Below are positions 12,985 to 25,626 of a stretch of DNA of 64,000 nt, piece after piece; position 1 is the stretch's first letter, and each line of letters starts with the position of its first letter. The DNA comes from Octopus sinensis. Taxonomy: Eukaryota. The stretch lies in contig NC_042998.1 of the NCBI RefSeq assembly GCF_006345805.1, positions 46,128,001 to 46,192,000 of the forward strand. Reading direction: 5' to 3'. Position numbers and translations under genes: made by a program. A model generated the notes under the pieces. It was given only the letters and a program-made list of their open reading frames with translations, had not been told where the DNA came from and did not search any database.

Positions 12985-13565
12985 TTTATGTGCCGCCGGC
13001 ACAGGTGCCAGTTACATGACACTGACAATAGCCACAACTATGATTTCATTTGACTTGATGGGTCTTCTCAACCATAGCATATTGCCAAAGATCTCGGTCA
13101 CAAGTCATTGCCTCCATGAGGCCCAACATTCGAAGATCATGCTTCACCATCTTGTCCCATGTCTTCCTGGGTCTCCCACTTCCATCCTTTCACTGGTAGA
13201 GATCGGAACTTCTTCACACAGCTGTCCACATTCATATGCATCACATGACCATACCAGTGCTCACCACATCTGATGCCTCTTATGTCCAACTTTTCTCTCA
13301 AGACATTTGCACACAAACACTGCACATCCAGCGAAGCATACTAACTTCATTTCTTTCAAGCCTACACATGTCCTCTGTAGTTACAGCCCATGTTTCACTG
13401 GTATGTAGCATGGCTGTTTGCACACAAGAATCATACAATCTGCCTTTCATTCTGTGGGAGAGGCCTTTTGTTATCAACAGAAGTTGGAGATCTCTGAACC
13501 CATTCTTGTTCTTGCTCTCAGAGCCCCCCCCCCTACTGACTTGGTCACCTAGGTAACAGAAGCTA
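12985..13565 (-). mobile_element. RTE LINE 3' ORF fragment
   Basis: ORF track: FCYLGDQVSRGGG, KGRLYDSCVQTAMLHTSETWAVT, HWYGHVMHM. Confidence 0.9.
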
Positions 13566-13819
13566 TTATATATGTATATGTATATATATATATATACATA
13601 TATATATATGTATATACATGACAGGCTTCCCTCACTTTCCATCTACTGAATCTGCTCACAAGGTTTTTTTCCGCTTGAGGCTATAGTACAAGAAACTTGT
13701 CCAAGTTGCCACACAGTGGGACTGAACCTGGAATCATATGGTTGGGAAGTGAACTTCTTACCACACAGCTATGCCTGATGATTTCTTTTATTTCTTTTAT
13801 TTCCCAAATTATATTTCAG

Positions 13820-13927
13820 GGCTTCCCGCTACACATGAATCTAGCTGTTAGTAATATTGGACAGACAATTCCATCAGAGGAAGGTCGTATGAAGATGCTG
13901 AAAGAACAAAACAGACAACTGACACAG
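13820..13927 (+). CDS. SAPCD2: Suppressor APC domain-containing protein 2-like, penultimate coding exon (GFPLHMNLAVSNIGQTIPSEEGRMKMLKEQNRQLTQ)
   Basis: Pyrimidine-rich acceptor ...TATTTCAG|GGC, 108 nt in phase 0, donor CAG|GCAAGT. MLKEQNRQLTQ joins in frame with the next exon to give the SAPCD2 coiled-coil signature LKEQNR.LTQE. Confidence 0.85.
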
Positions 13928-14926
13928 GCAAGTATCTATACTATGAACATGTATTTAAATGGGTTTCAAAAGCAGACATTTGATTGAGCTCATTAATCTG
14001 GTTTAGACCTTCCTTTAATTTATAGTTGAGTATGTCTTGTTTTATATAAAACTGTGGCAAACCTAAATGTTTTGGTTTAATGGCTATGAAGAATACATAA
14101 CTTATTTACATGATATTTATTAACTTTGTGGTTTGTATGTGTGTCTCTATTTCTGCAACTGTGTTGGAGAGAATAAGAGGGTGAGAGAGGTGGGAGGAGA
14201 GAATATATATGTATATATAAAATATAGTTGTCCCAATTTTTCTTTGATTTTACATATCTGCTATCAAAGGCATTTCAGCTTTATCATTTCCTTTTTATTT
14301 TCAAGTATTGTGGTTTGAGGGAGATATGGATGTTATTTCTAGTATTTTGAGTGATCACATAGAAGTTCTCTTGTTGGTTCATGCTAGAGATAATAGATGT
14401 GTTTGATGGGGAGAGAAATCAAAGAAAGAAAGAAGGAAAGAAAGAAAGAAATGTTTCTCTGTGTTTTAATAAAGAGCTTCAGAAAATGAAAAGAAGCTTC
14501 AAATTTATACCTGCCTAAAATATGATTAGAGAACAGATGTATACTCTGTTCAGATTTTTAATAATTCATAAAATGTGGACTGTGCCAGTGCCACGTAGAA
14601 GGCACCTCTCTCGGTGCCATGTAGAAGGTGCCAGTACAGCATAGAAAACACCCATACTGGTGCCACGTAAAAGTAACCATGCTGGTGACATGTAAAAGCA
14701 CCCAGTATACTCTGTAAAGTGGTTGACATTAGAAGGGCATCCAACCATAGAAACCATGCCACAACAGAAAAATGGAACCCAGGCGCCTCCCCAGCTGGTC
14801 AGCTCCTGTCAAGCTATGCCAGCATGGAGAATGGACATTAAAAGATGATGCTGATGAAGAGACAGAGAATGTGAGTTTAGAATGGTGGGTTATTTCCATA
14901 ATTGAAAAAAACAAACAAAAACATAT

Positions 14927-15230
14927 TATTGTTATATTTGGGGATGGTCATTCTTTTGTCTATTAATCACATGCACTATGTACTTGATCTTTACTTCAGC
15001 TTTATTATTATTATTATATTATTATTATTATTTTAGTGTCTTTTGTATGAAATCTACCGCCACACATCCTTTGACCTCTTCAGCAACTCTTTATCCCATG
15101 TGTCTCCTCCTGTTCTGATTAGTCCATTGTCTGAGAATGGACTAAACAGAACAAGAGGAGACACATGGAATGAAGAGTCACTGAAGAGGTCACTGGATGT
15201 ATGACAAAAGACCAAGGCAAAGGACACTAA

Positions 15231-15271
<41 letters not shown>

Positions 15272-15789
15272 GGCCAACAGACCAGATATAGTTGTCAGAG
15301 ATCATGAAGGAAAAAAATGCTTTCTAATTGATGTATCAATACCGGCAGATGACAACGTGTCTCTAAAAGAAATGGAGAAACTTTCAAAATACAAAGACCT
15401 GGAAATGGAGGTAACCAGAATGTGGAATCTAAAAACAGAAACAATTCCTATCATAGTAGGTGCATTAGGCATGATAAAAAAATATTCAGACAAATACATA
15501 ACAAAAACACCAGGACTTACAAACACATATAACATACAGAAAATTGCACTACTAGGCACTGCACACATCCTACGCAGAACACTTTCCATACAATAACCAT
15601 CAGAACATCACAACAAATCACAGCACATACCCAAGGCACACAGAGCTGCGCTCGGTAGTGAAGTGAAAGCACGCTATAAAAAATAAAACTACTGAATAAT
15701 AATAATAATAATAAAGCTGAAGTAAAGATCAAGTACATAGTGCATGTTATTAATTGACAAAAGAATGACCATCCCCAAATATAACAATA
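14927..15789. repeat. Long imperfect palindrome (centre ~15133) whose right arm is interrupted by an R4/Dong fragment
   Basis: 14927-15003 matches the reverse complement of 15713-15789 (2 mismatches). (TTA)n faces (AAT)n. The inner segment 15031-15128 pairs with 15138-15231. Confidence 0.88.
15270..15712 (+). mobile_element. 5'-truncated R4/Dong-type LINE: restriction-like endonuclease C-terminus, 3' UTR and (AAT)n tail, inserted in (TAA)n
   Basis: ANRPDIVVRD...CFLIDVSIPADDNVSLKEMEKLSKYKDLEMEVTRMW...PIIVGALG is a PD-(D/E)xK RLE motif; (AAT)n on both flanks. Confidence 0.9.
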
Positions 15790-17448
15790 TCTGTTTCAAC
15801 ACATGATTTCACATCAGGAATTTTGCAAAATAAATACATAAACATAATAACATATTAATGTAGTCTTCCTTTTTCACATTGTCTATAAAAGAAAAAGTAA
15901 AAAATGACACTCCTTCTTCATAGTTGAATGATTTATTACAGTAAGTTTGCTCACTTATTGCAACATTACCCTACTCCCTGCAATAGGAAAGCTTACAAAT
16001 TCAACAATGAAATCATCCAATTAGAAGACTATCTCTGATGTTTATTGTTATTATTCAATGCTGTCTCTTCCTGCTTTGGAAGAAGGAGAAAACACACACA
16101 CACGCATGCATGCATGCGCGCACACACCTACACAAAGACAGGTTATTTTAATCAAACAGTTATTAATTTTGCACTGTGGTTTATTATCCCATCCAGGCTA
16201 TGATTTTCTCTTTTTAAATATTCACATGGACTAGTGCGTCCTATGTTAAATTTTAGTGGAAATTACTAAAGAGGGCATGAGTTTCTATAATAAAATTTTA
16301 TTGGATCTTGGTGTGTCATGCTTATGCTTGCTGAAAACACAGTGTTCTATTTATATTCTAATCTTGACAGATTTTTAAAACATGTGTTTAAAGTATAAGT
16401 ATTGCACCTAGTTTGAATATTGTGTTTCAAAGAAAAATGTTGATCCCTCTAAACACTCAGTACCCTTCTCATAGCAGCCCATTCACATTTGCTGATCCTT
16501 TGTCAGTTCACTCTGTCCCTTATGGGAGTATTTTTCTTTATTTAAATGGTTCTTAAAATGTGTATGTGTACAGTCAGTCATCACTTACTGTTCCCTTTTT
16601 TCCTCCCAAATCATATGTATTGTCATCCACCCCTCTGCTGTTCATCTAACATTCACTACATGCACCCTTCAGCTCTACCCAATTTTTACAGTCATCACCT
16701 ACTCTTCCTTACCATTCCACCAATATATAGTCATCATTAACCACTACTGAACCTTGTTTTTTATTCATTATATCGTCCCCTCACCTGTTTCCTGTCTCTA
16801 CTCTTTTCTCACTCTTGTACCCACATGCTGTTCTTTTGTTTCCAATCACTTCTACTCACCTTCTTGTACCTTGAGAGTCCACTCTGACACCTTGTTTTCA
16901 TCATCATCATTTAACACCTGTTTTCCATGCTGGCATGGGTTGGATGGTTTGACAGGAGCTGGCCAGGCTAGGGGCTGCACTAGGTTCCATAGTCTATTTT
17001 GGTTTGGTTTCTACAGCTAAATGCCCTTCTTTATGCCAACCACTTTACTGAATGTACTGGGTGCTTTTTACGTGGAATTGGCATTATTTTATCTCTCTTC
17101 CCAACTCCATCCCCATTACTTCTATCTATTCTTCTATAATGTGAGTAGCTATGTAACTCCTCTATAGCACAAGACCTCTTCTCTTTTTATCTTCTTTCAT
17201 ACTTTAATCATCTCATGGTTTAACATAATACCAACTCCCTTTCTACTGTAGCCTAACTCAGTCAAAGAAGATTTTCGTCTTGCAAGCCACATGGCGACCT
17301 TACTAGTACGGTGGGGGGGGGGGGGGCATACAAAATAGCATCCAATATACTCTGTAAAGTGGTTGGCATTAGGAGGGATATCCATGTATGTACTTTTGTG
17401 TGTGTGTGTGTGTGTATTAATTAATTAATTCATTCATTTATTTTACAG

Positions 17449-17571
17449 GAGATTTCAACAAAATGTGATAAAATAACACTGCTTGAGCAAGAAAAATCTG
17501 CCTTGATTAGAGAACTCTTTGAATCCCGATCTCAGAACAAACCCAATTTGGATGATACCACTTTCATGTGA
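17449..17571 (+). CDS. SAPCD2: Suppressor APC domain-containing protein 2-like, last coding exon (EISTKCDKITLLEQEKSALIRELFESRSQNKPNLDDTTFM*)
   Basis: Acceptor TTTATTTTACAG|GAG, open to TGA at 17569-17571. IT.LEQEKSALI..LFE.R and a terminal D.TF-hydrophobic motif match my recollection of the SAPCD2 C-terminus. Confidence 0.88.
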   Translation, partial: EISTKCDKITLLEQEKSALIRELFESRSQNKPNLDDTTFM

Positions 17572-17717
17572 AAACACAGACAATTCTACTGAGTTTTTGC
17601 TCACCTGTAATCTCTTCAAAACCTTTAACCAGAATTTGGAAGTTAAAGGTCCTCTTGGTGTATTCTATCTTCACAATCTCCACATTGTGTTTTTATTTAT
17701 CTTTATCTTCATTGGCA

Positions 17718-17803
17718 TAAACGATAGACTGACAGAGTGAAATGCCTTATGGCATATTTCTAAACGATAGACTGACAGAGTGAAATGCCTTATGGCATAT
17801 TTC
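17718..17803. repeat. Tandem duplication of ~43 bp in the presumed 3' UTR
   Basis: TAAACGATAGACTGACAGAGTGAAATGCCTTATGGCATATTTC twice. Confidence 0.9.
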
Positions 17804-18647
17804 TTTATAGTCTAAATTGAAGTTATTTTTATTGAAAAATGTTAGCATGCCAGGCAAAATGCTTAACAGCATTTTCGTCTGTCATCTGTCGTCAATAAAT
17901 TAAGTACCAGTCAAGCACTGGGGTCGATGTAATTGACTTAACCCCTTCCCTGAAATTGCTGGCCTTGTGCCAAAATTTGAAACCATTTTTGAAAAAAGTG
18001 ATTGGTGGTAGACTCTGTTCAGTATCATATTAAATTTTTTGATGTATGTATTGTGTTCCGAGTTCAAGGCCACTGAGAACAACTGTATTGTTTCATCTTT
18101 CCAGAGGGTGGTATATTCAGCAATATAAATACTGGTGAAGTACTGTGATTGATTCAGTTGACTGCTCCTTTCTTCCAAATATCTGTGTCCTTGTGCCTCA
18201 ATAAGAAACCATTATTATTTGGCTGAATCATTAAAATCAATGGTCAAAGTGTATTGTGGTGTGTTTGTTCTGACTCTTTACATTTTAATGGAAGTTCAAA
18301 TCCCATTAAAGGCTACATTGCCTTTTATTTGGGGTGGGGGTGATAAATAAAGCCCTAATGTTGATTTAATAAACTAAATTCTCACTCACAAAAATTTGTG
18401 GCCTTGTGCATAGATTAAAAATTATTATTAATTATTATCTTTGCATGATCATTAAGGCATCAGAAAAATGCCTTGCAACATTTCTTTCAGCTCTTAAAAT
18501 TAAGGTTCAAACCCTTCCAAAGTCATCTTTACCTTTTCTTATTTTGGGGGTGGTTGGATAGGTGATAAAAATAAAGTACCACTTAAGAACTGGATTAATA
18601 TAATCGACTAGCCTCTCTCCTTCCCTTTCAAAAAAATATTAAATTCT

Positions 18648-19140
18648 GGACGACCTCTGAGATATGCTGTGACTGTGAAGACCCAACAAATGAAGTGAGT
18701 TCATGGCTTGCAGGATGGCCTGCTGTGCTAACCTTGGATCGTAGAGTGACCCGCTGTTCTTGAGGAGACCTATTGAGTCAAGTACGTCAACACCAACATC
18801 AAAATAAAAATCAAATGGAAATTGTAGTTAAGATACCCGTGCCGGGGACACGTTAAAAACACCGTCCGGATGTGGCTGATGCCAGCACCGCCTGACTGGC
18901 GTCCATGTCGGTGACAGGTAAAAGCACCAACCGATCATGGCCGTTTGCCAGCCTCCTCTGGCCCTTGTGCCGGTGGTACGTAAAAAGCACCCACTACACT
19001 CACGGAGTGGTTGGCATTAGGAAGGGCATCCAGCTGTAGAAACACTGCCTGATCAGACTGGAGCCTGGTGCAGCCTCCTGGCTTCCAAAACCCTGGTCAA
19101 ACCATCCAACCCATGCAAGCATGGAAAACGGACGTTAAAC

Positions 19141-19187
<47 letters not shown>
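18648..19187 (+). mobile_element. 5'-truncated RTE LINE 3' end with (GAT)n tail (related subfamily)
   Basis: ORF-end-like GATATGCTGTG...GAAGACCC; the terminal ~150 bp matches 2980-3154. Confidence 0.85.
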
Positions 19188-19188
<1 letters not shown>

Positions 19189-19361
19189 ATACTTATGCTA
19201 GAAAAATTATTATGAAAGTACTGATCTAGCAGAATCATCAAATCATGAGGCAAACCATCTTGTGATATTTAGTCATGGCCTTATATGTTCGGAGTTCAAA
19301 TCCTGACAAAGTTAAATTTGCCTTTCATCATTGGAAAGTCGATAAAATAAATTACTAATCA

Positions 19362-19720
19362 TAGGCGCAGGAGTGGCTGTGTGGTAAGTAGCTTGCTAAC
19401 CAACCACACGGTTGCGGGTTCAGTCCCACTGCGTGGCATCTTGGGCAAGTGTCTTCTGCTATAGCCCCGGGCTGACCAATGCCTTGTGAGTGGATTTGGT
19501 AGACGGAAACTGAAAGAAGCCTGTCGTATATATGTATATATATGTATATGTTTGTGTGTCTGTGTTTGTCCCCCTAGCATTGCTTGACAACCGATGCTGA
19601 TGTGTTTACGTCCCCGTCACTTAGCGGTTCGGCAAAAAGAGACCGATAGAATAAGTACTAAAAGGTGGTGCTCCAGCATGGCCGCAGTCAAATGACTGAA
19701 ACAAGTAAAAGAGTAAAGAG
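19362..19720 (+). mobile_element. SINE family A, young-looking copy
   Basis: GGCGCAGGAGTGGCTGTGTGGTAAG head and AAGAGTAAAGAG tail. Confidence 0.9.
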
Positions 19721-19904
19721 TAATCAAGCCCTTGGGGCCAGTGTAATCAACTTTTCACCTTACACAAGGCCAAGTTTTCATAGCACTGCTATATTCCTCC
19801 ACGGTTTGATAAAATCTTTCATCATCAACATCATCATCATCATCATCATCATCACCATCATCATCATTATCATCATCATTATCATAATAATAATAGTAAA
19901 TAAT

Positions 19905-21056
19905 AAAAACGGTGTAAAAAGAAGAAAGATGAAGAAAAAACATAGATTCTCACCAAGGGAACTGCTTTCAGCAAAAGAAATACTGCAACAAAAAGTTTGA
20001 TCAAAAGCTCAAAGAATACGAAGATTTGAGAAGAGAAACAATAGGGAAGGAGAAAATAACTGTTGAAACCCCCACCAGTCATGGAAGAAATTGAAAACTT
20101 TTGGAAAAATATTTGGGGTGATGAAAAGACTTACAATGAAAATGCAGACTGGATTAGATGCACAAAAGGATCCTACCAAAACTTAACAGAACAAGCATGG
20201 GAAGACATAACAATAGCAGACCTAAGGATGACACTCATGGAGGCTCAGCTGTGGAAATCCCATGGTAATGATAGGGTGCCAAATTTCTGGCTCACCTCAC
20301 TCCCATGCACACATAAAATGTTATCTCAGTTATTCAATGAAATTATGAGAGATTCTACGGAAACGCGTGATTGGTTAGCAAGAGGTATTACTTAACTACT
20401 TCCAATGAAATCAAATTTCCCCAAAACTATCGGTCCATAACATGTCTATCTACTATGTATAAAATTTTAACATCCATCCTTGTGGGGAAAACATACAAAT
20501 TTATGGAACAGAATGATATTTTCCCCACTGAACAAAAAGGGTGCTGATGAGACTCATATGGATGCAAAGAGCAACTTTTAATCAGTCGCATGATCCTTGG
20601 GAACTGCTATAACAAACGCAGAAATCTCAGTTCTGTTTGAATTGATTATAAAAAGGCCTTTGACAGCATACCGCATTCATGGATCTTGAAATTGCTGGAT
20701 ATCTTCAAAATTTCTCTTATGATTTCAAACTTCCTGAAGTACATGTCAAAGTGGAATACAAATCTCCAATTATACCACTCTTATGGAGTACTGACCACAA
20801 AAAATATTAATATCAATTGCAGCATTTTCGAAGGTGACTCACTTTCACCTTTAATTTTCTGCATAGCCTTAATACTCCTTACAAGTGAACTTAACAGTAC
20901 AGAGTATGGATATAAAATTGGCAATAAGAAAATAAGTCATCTATTTTATATGGATGACTTAAAACTCTATGGCAAAGACGATAATGAGCTTGAAGGACTA
21001 CTACATACTGTGAAATCATTCAGTGATGACATCGAGATGGAATTTGGTCTTAATAA
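19905..21056 (+). mobile_element. R4/Dong-type LINE RT fragment (pseudogenised)
   Basis: EEIENFWKNIWG, WKSHGNDRVPNFWL, NYRSITCLSTMYK, EQKGC, IDYKKAFDSIPHSW, IFEGDSLSPLIFCIAL and SHLFYMDDLKLY, with stops and frameshifts. Confidence 0.9.
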
Positions 21057-21189
21057 TAGAATTTATTGAGACAGGTTTTCCATGGCTGGAAGCCTTTCCT
21101 GTCGCCAACCCTCATCTGTCTCCAAGCAAGGTTGTATTTCTCCATGGTTAGACATATAATAAGTGCAATATAATATCATAAAGGATATG

Positions 21190-21237
<48 letters not shown>

Positions 21238-22832
21238 GCTTCTTTTAGTTTCCAGGCTTTGGAGAACTTGGAGCTATAGTAGAAGATACTTGTAGAAGAT
21301 GCCACGCAATGGGACTGAACCCAGAACTATATGGTTGGGAAGCAACCTCCTTACCACAGTCACACCCACATATATCAGATATTAATTATCATGTTTCATT
21401 GTTGTAATTATTTTTAAACTTGGAGTCCCTGGTTAACATTAGGGTTTCTGTGTGTCAAAATTCTCAGTTTTTTCCTGATGTTTTCCCTCCTTTCTTTGTA
21501 ATTTAAAATTTTTTATAATTAGTTTCAGTTCTGCTGTCCTTCTCTAAAACTTCAAAACAGAAAAAGAAGAAAATATTAAAAAAACAAAAAAAATGTGTTT
21601 TGTGTTTACAGATTTACATTTGTTATTTCATTTTGATATATTTTTAAAACTATTTATTTATCTATGTCATTTTACAGCATATTTAATTCCTACTTTGTAT
21701 GTTGGAACCCAAAATAACCTAAACGCTATTACATGACATAAATGAACTAAAGATGCCAATGATGAGGAAATATTGACTTCATTAATTAATTTATTTGTGG
21801 GAGGAGGTTGGGATGTCTGTGATTATATTTCAGTGCAACTTTTATAATGTTACATATCAGACATTACACTCTTTAATCATCATTTCGTTAATTACAATTT
21901 CAGCCTCACTTTCATTTTTAACAGAATTTCTCTCTGATATGCTCAATATGTGTGTGCATGTGTATATATGTGTTCATTTCTTTCCCATTTCATATGCACG
22001 TGTGTGTGTGTGTGTGTGTGTGCATCTGTACATATTTCAGAGTTGAGCTTGTCTAGCAAGTGACATGATCTGAGACTGTGTGCTGAAACTGAAGCAATTA
22101 CATTGTGGAGGAAAAAAACATTCTAACCATTTGATAACACATAAAGTTGTTAAATTCATTTCAAATTTATATATATATTTCATGATGTATTAAAATTTTC
22201 ATTGAACTACTGTGTATGTGTGTGTGATGGAGAGAGAGAGAGACAAAAAGAGAAAATTGGTCTTGTAATTTAAGCAAGGAATTGGTATTTATTCCATCAA
22301 AATGCTTACATTATCAACGAATATGTTTGATCAAAATATGCTTCTGGCTTGGTTTCTTGGATGTTATTAGAAAATATGGTAAAAAATAAAACTGTGTCAG
22401 TCTTATTCACTTTCATATCAGGTAATAATAAAATACTAATTAGATTAATTTTCATGTCAGAAGTAGAATTAGTTCTAATTAATTCAATTCGACATTCTGT
22501 ATCTAATAGGGATGTTTCTTTCCTTCTTTTTCCTTTTCTTTTTGTCTTCTCAGACAGTTATAAAAATAAACGTTAAGCACAGAATTTTTTTCATATAATC
22601 TTACACGTCACTTCTATTGTTGTCACTTTTTGTTAGGAACAGATTATAGTCACTCAAACCAACCTTAATACTGATATTAATAATTAGTATGTATTCATTT
22701 CATCCATCTCTGCCTACTATTCAAGGGAGGGTTATGGTGGGGAAAGTCCTCAGGCACCTCATCCATAGGGTCCTATTAGAAGCAACCACCACTAGATTTT
22801 CCAGCTGGATTCCCAAGCATGACCGGCTGAGA

Positions 22833-23260
22833 CTCTTTTACTCTTTTACTTGTTTCAGTCATTTGACTGTGGCCATGCTGGAGCACCGCCTTTAGTCGAG
22901 CAAATCGACCCCAGGACTTATTCTTTGTAAGTCTAGTACTTATTCTATCGGTCTCTTTTGCTGAACCACTAAATTACGGGGACGCAAACATACCAGCATC
23001 GGTTGACAAGCGATGTTGGGGGGACAAACACAGACACACAAACATATACACACACATACACACACATATATATGTATATATATTTATATATATACATATA
23101 AGACTGGCTCCTTTCAGTTTCCGTCTACCAAATCCACTCACAAGGCTTTGGTCGGCCCGAGGCTATAGTAGAAGACACTTGCCCAAGGTGCCATGCAGTG
23201 AGACTGAACCTGGAACCATGGGGTTGGTGAGCAAGCTACTTCTCACACAGCCACTCCTAC
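22833..23260 (-). mobile_element. SINE family A, full length
   Basis: Reverse complement of the family A sequence. Confidence 0.9.
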
Positions 23261-24556
23261 CAACTATCTTGTTTTTGATCTACTCCTAGGTTTTCTGTTA
23301 GTTGGCTCAGTTTGAAGAATTCACCTTGCAATCCTTTCTTGTGACATTCTTATCACATGTCTACAGTACTGGAGCTCTGACTTCTCACTGTAGAGAAATA
23401 ATGGCTCGACCTGGAGAGACTCATCTCTAAAACTACAGACCCTGTTGAGTAATGTTACCCCTGAGATTCTTCAGAGGAACCTCTTTTGGCTATTTGTATT
23501 TGCAATTATACTCTTTCATTCATTCGTGACCATAGATGAGGATAAGCACACAAGCAAAAAATTGAAGATTGTGAGTTTGGCTGAGGATTAAATGCCATTT
23601 ATTATTAAAAGTTATTTTTTTGTATTTCGTCTGTCTTCACATTCTGGGTTCAAATTCTGCTGATGTCACCTTTGCTTTTCATCCTTTCATGTTTGATAAA
23701 TTAATTCTTATGGTTTATAATTAGAATTAAAAGTGGAGTTATCTCCAGAAGGATTTGAATGCATAGTGCTTTTAGCTACAAAACTGAATATTGTAAAGTT
23801 TTCAGTCTTACATGATATCATTTCTTCTAACTTGTCATCTACTTAAGATTCCAACATTTCAAAAATTTTAACCACCTGTGTATTTTTTCAAAAGAATGGC
23901 AAATTATTGAGTTATATCTGTATTTTTGCTATATCAGGTATATACCAGGATATTCATAAGCTTGGATTGAACCTGGAGACCTTTATTTTATGTACTGAGT
24001 CTGCTATTCTAACAACTGGCCTATAGTCCTCAAAGATGGTTTGAAAGAATAACAATTGAAATTGTGGGCCAGCAACACGTCCAAGATAAAGAAAATAATC
24101 TGTAAGACAAACTTTAAGTTATACATTTCTTAACATAGCAACCAGAAAATTCAGCGATTCCTTTAACATCATCAGGGTGAAAATTACTTTATTCTCATTG
24201 CTAACTACCTGCAAAAGAGATACTTTAGCAAAGTATAGCTCACTGCTATGGTTACCCTGATTTCTTTATCATTGGAAAACATTTTGCTTCATGATAGTGC
24301 TAGACATAAATACTTCTGCAGAGTAGTGAAGAATTGGTAAATACTGACAGCTTGCAAAAAAGTAGATAAAAAGCTCCAGTGTATTGCTGGTATTTTTATC
24401 AGCTCTTGTTGGATGATAAAGAGAATGAAACCCAGCATGGTGATATCCTCTATATTCTGACTACTCTAAATATTAGAAAACCATTCAGTTTCTTACTCCA
24501 CCAATTCTGACAATTTATTGGTTGTGTTATCTTACTGTAATATTAGTACCTGACTA

Positions 24557-24783
24557 AAGGTAGTGAGCTGGTAGGATCATTATCATGCCAGGTAAAATGC
24601 TTAGTGGTATTTTGTCCATCTGTACATTCTGAGTTCAAATTCTGCCAGAGTTGACTTTGCTTTTTGTCTTTTTTTTGGGGGGGGGGGGGTCAATAAAATA
24701 AGTACCAATTGAACTCTGGGGTCCATATAATCATCTTACTCCCTCCCTCAAAATTTCTGGCCTTGTGCTAAAATTTGAAATCA
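24557..24783 (+). mobile_element. SINE family B
   Basis: AAGGTAGTGAGCTGG...TTCTGAGTTCAAATTCTGCC...GGCCTTGTGCTAAAATTTGAAA. Confidence 0.8.
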
Positions 24784-25329
24784 ACCTTGCATGTACAAGA
24801 TTAATTCAATCTGCTAGAAATAACCATGAAATATCTCTCAAATTACAAACAACAATCTTGGAAAATGAAGAACACATTGGAAGATATAGTCCAAATTACA
24901 CAATACCCAAGGAAAGAATGAAAGGGTCATAGTAAGAACACTTTTAATCATAGGTCTACTCCAATAGGTCTGACCTAGGGTTAAACAGCATTATGTAAAC
25001 TGACATTTGACAAAGTAGCCTCTGTGTGATTTCTCAGCACGTTAGAAATAACAACCAAATCCTTCAAACCTCACCTTAAATAAAGAGGTCAATGTAATCT
25101 CCAGTATTCAAAACAGTAGGATGGTCACAGCTGAAATGTCTGTAATAAATAGGTTTGTGCAGTCAAGGCTAATCTAAACAATAATAACATGCATAAACTG
25201 AACAAAAACCTACTGTTACCTTGCTTAATATAACATTCAAATTTCAACATTCTTTTAACACACTTCAAAGAAAAACATAAAGTTGAAGATTCCAGGTTTG
25301 AATCCTGGCAAGCACGAATAAATATTTTT

Positions 25330-25626
25330 AGGTGCAGGGGTGGCTGTGTAGTAAATAGCTTGCTTACCAACCACATGATTCCGGGTTCAGTCCCACCGCG
25401 TGGCACCTTGGGTACTACTATAGCCTCAAGCTGACCAAAGCCTTGTGAGTGGATTTGGTAGACGGAAACTGAAAGAAGCCGATGTTGGTGTGTTTACGTC
25501 CCCGTAACTTAGCAGTTCGGCAAAAGAGACCGATAGAATAAGTACTAGGCTTACAAAGAGTAAGTCCTGGGGTTGATTTCTTCAACTAAAGGCATTCAAA
25601 TGACTGAATCAAATAAAAGAATAAAA
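25330..25626 (+). mobile_element. SINE family A lacking the central microsatellite
   Basis: Head and tail present; GAAAGAAGCC joins directly to GATGTTGGTGTGTTTAC. Confidence 0.82.

Noticed and set aside
19665-20000. ORFs with poly-Ile, poly-Asp or YI/CV runs here and elsewhere
   Set aside because: Microsatellite translations.
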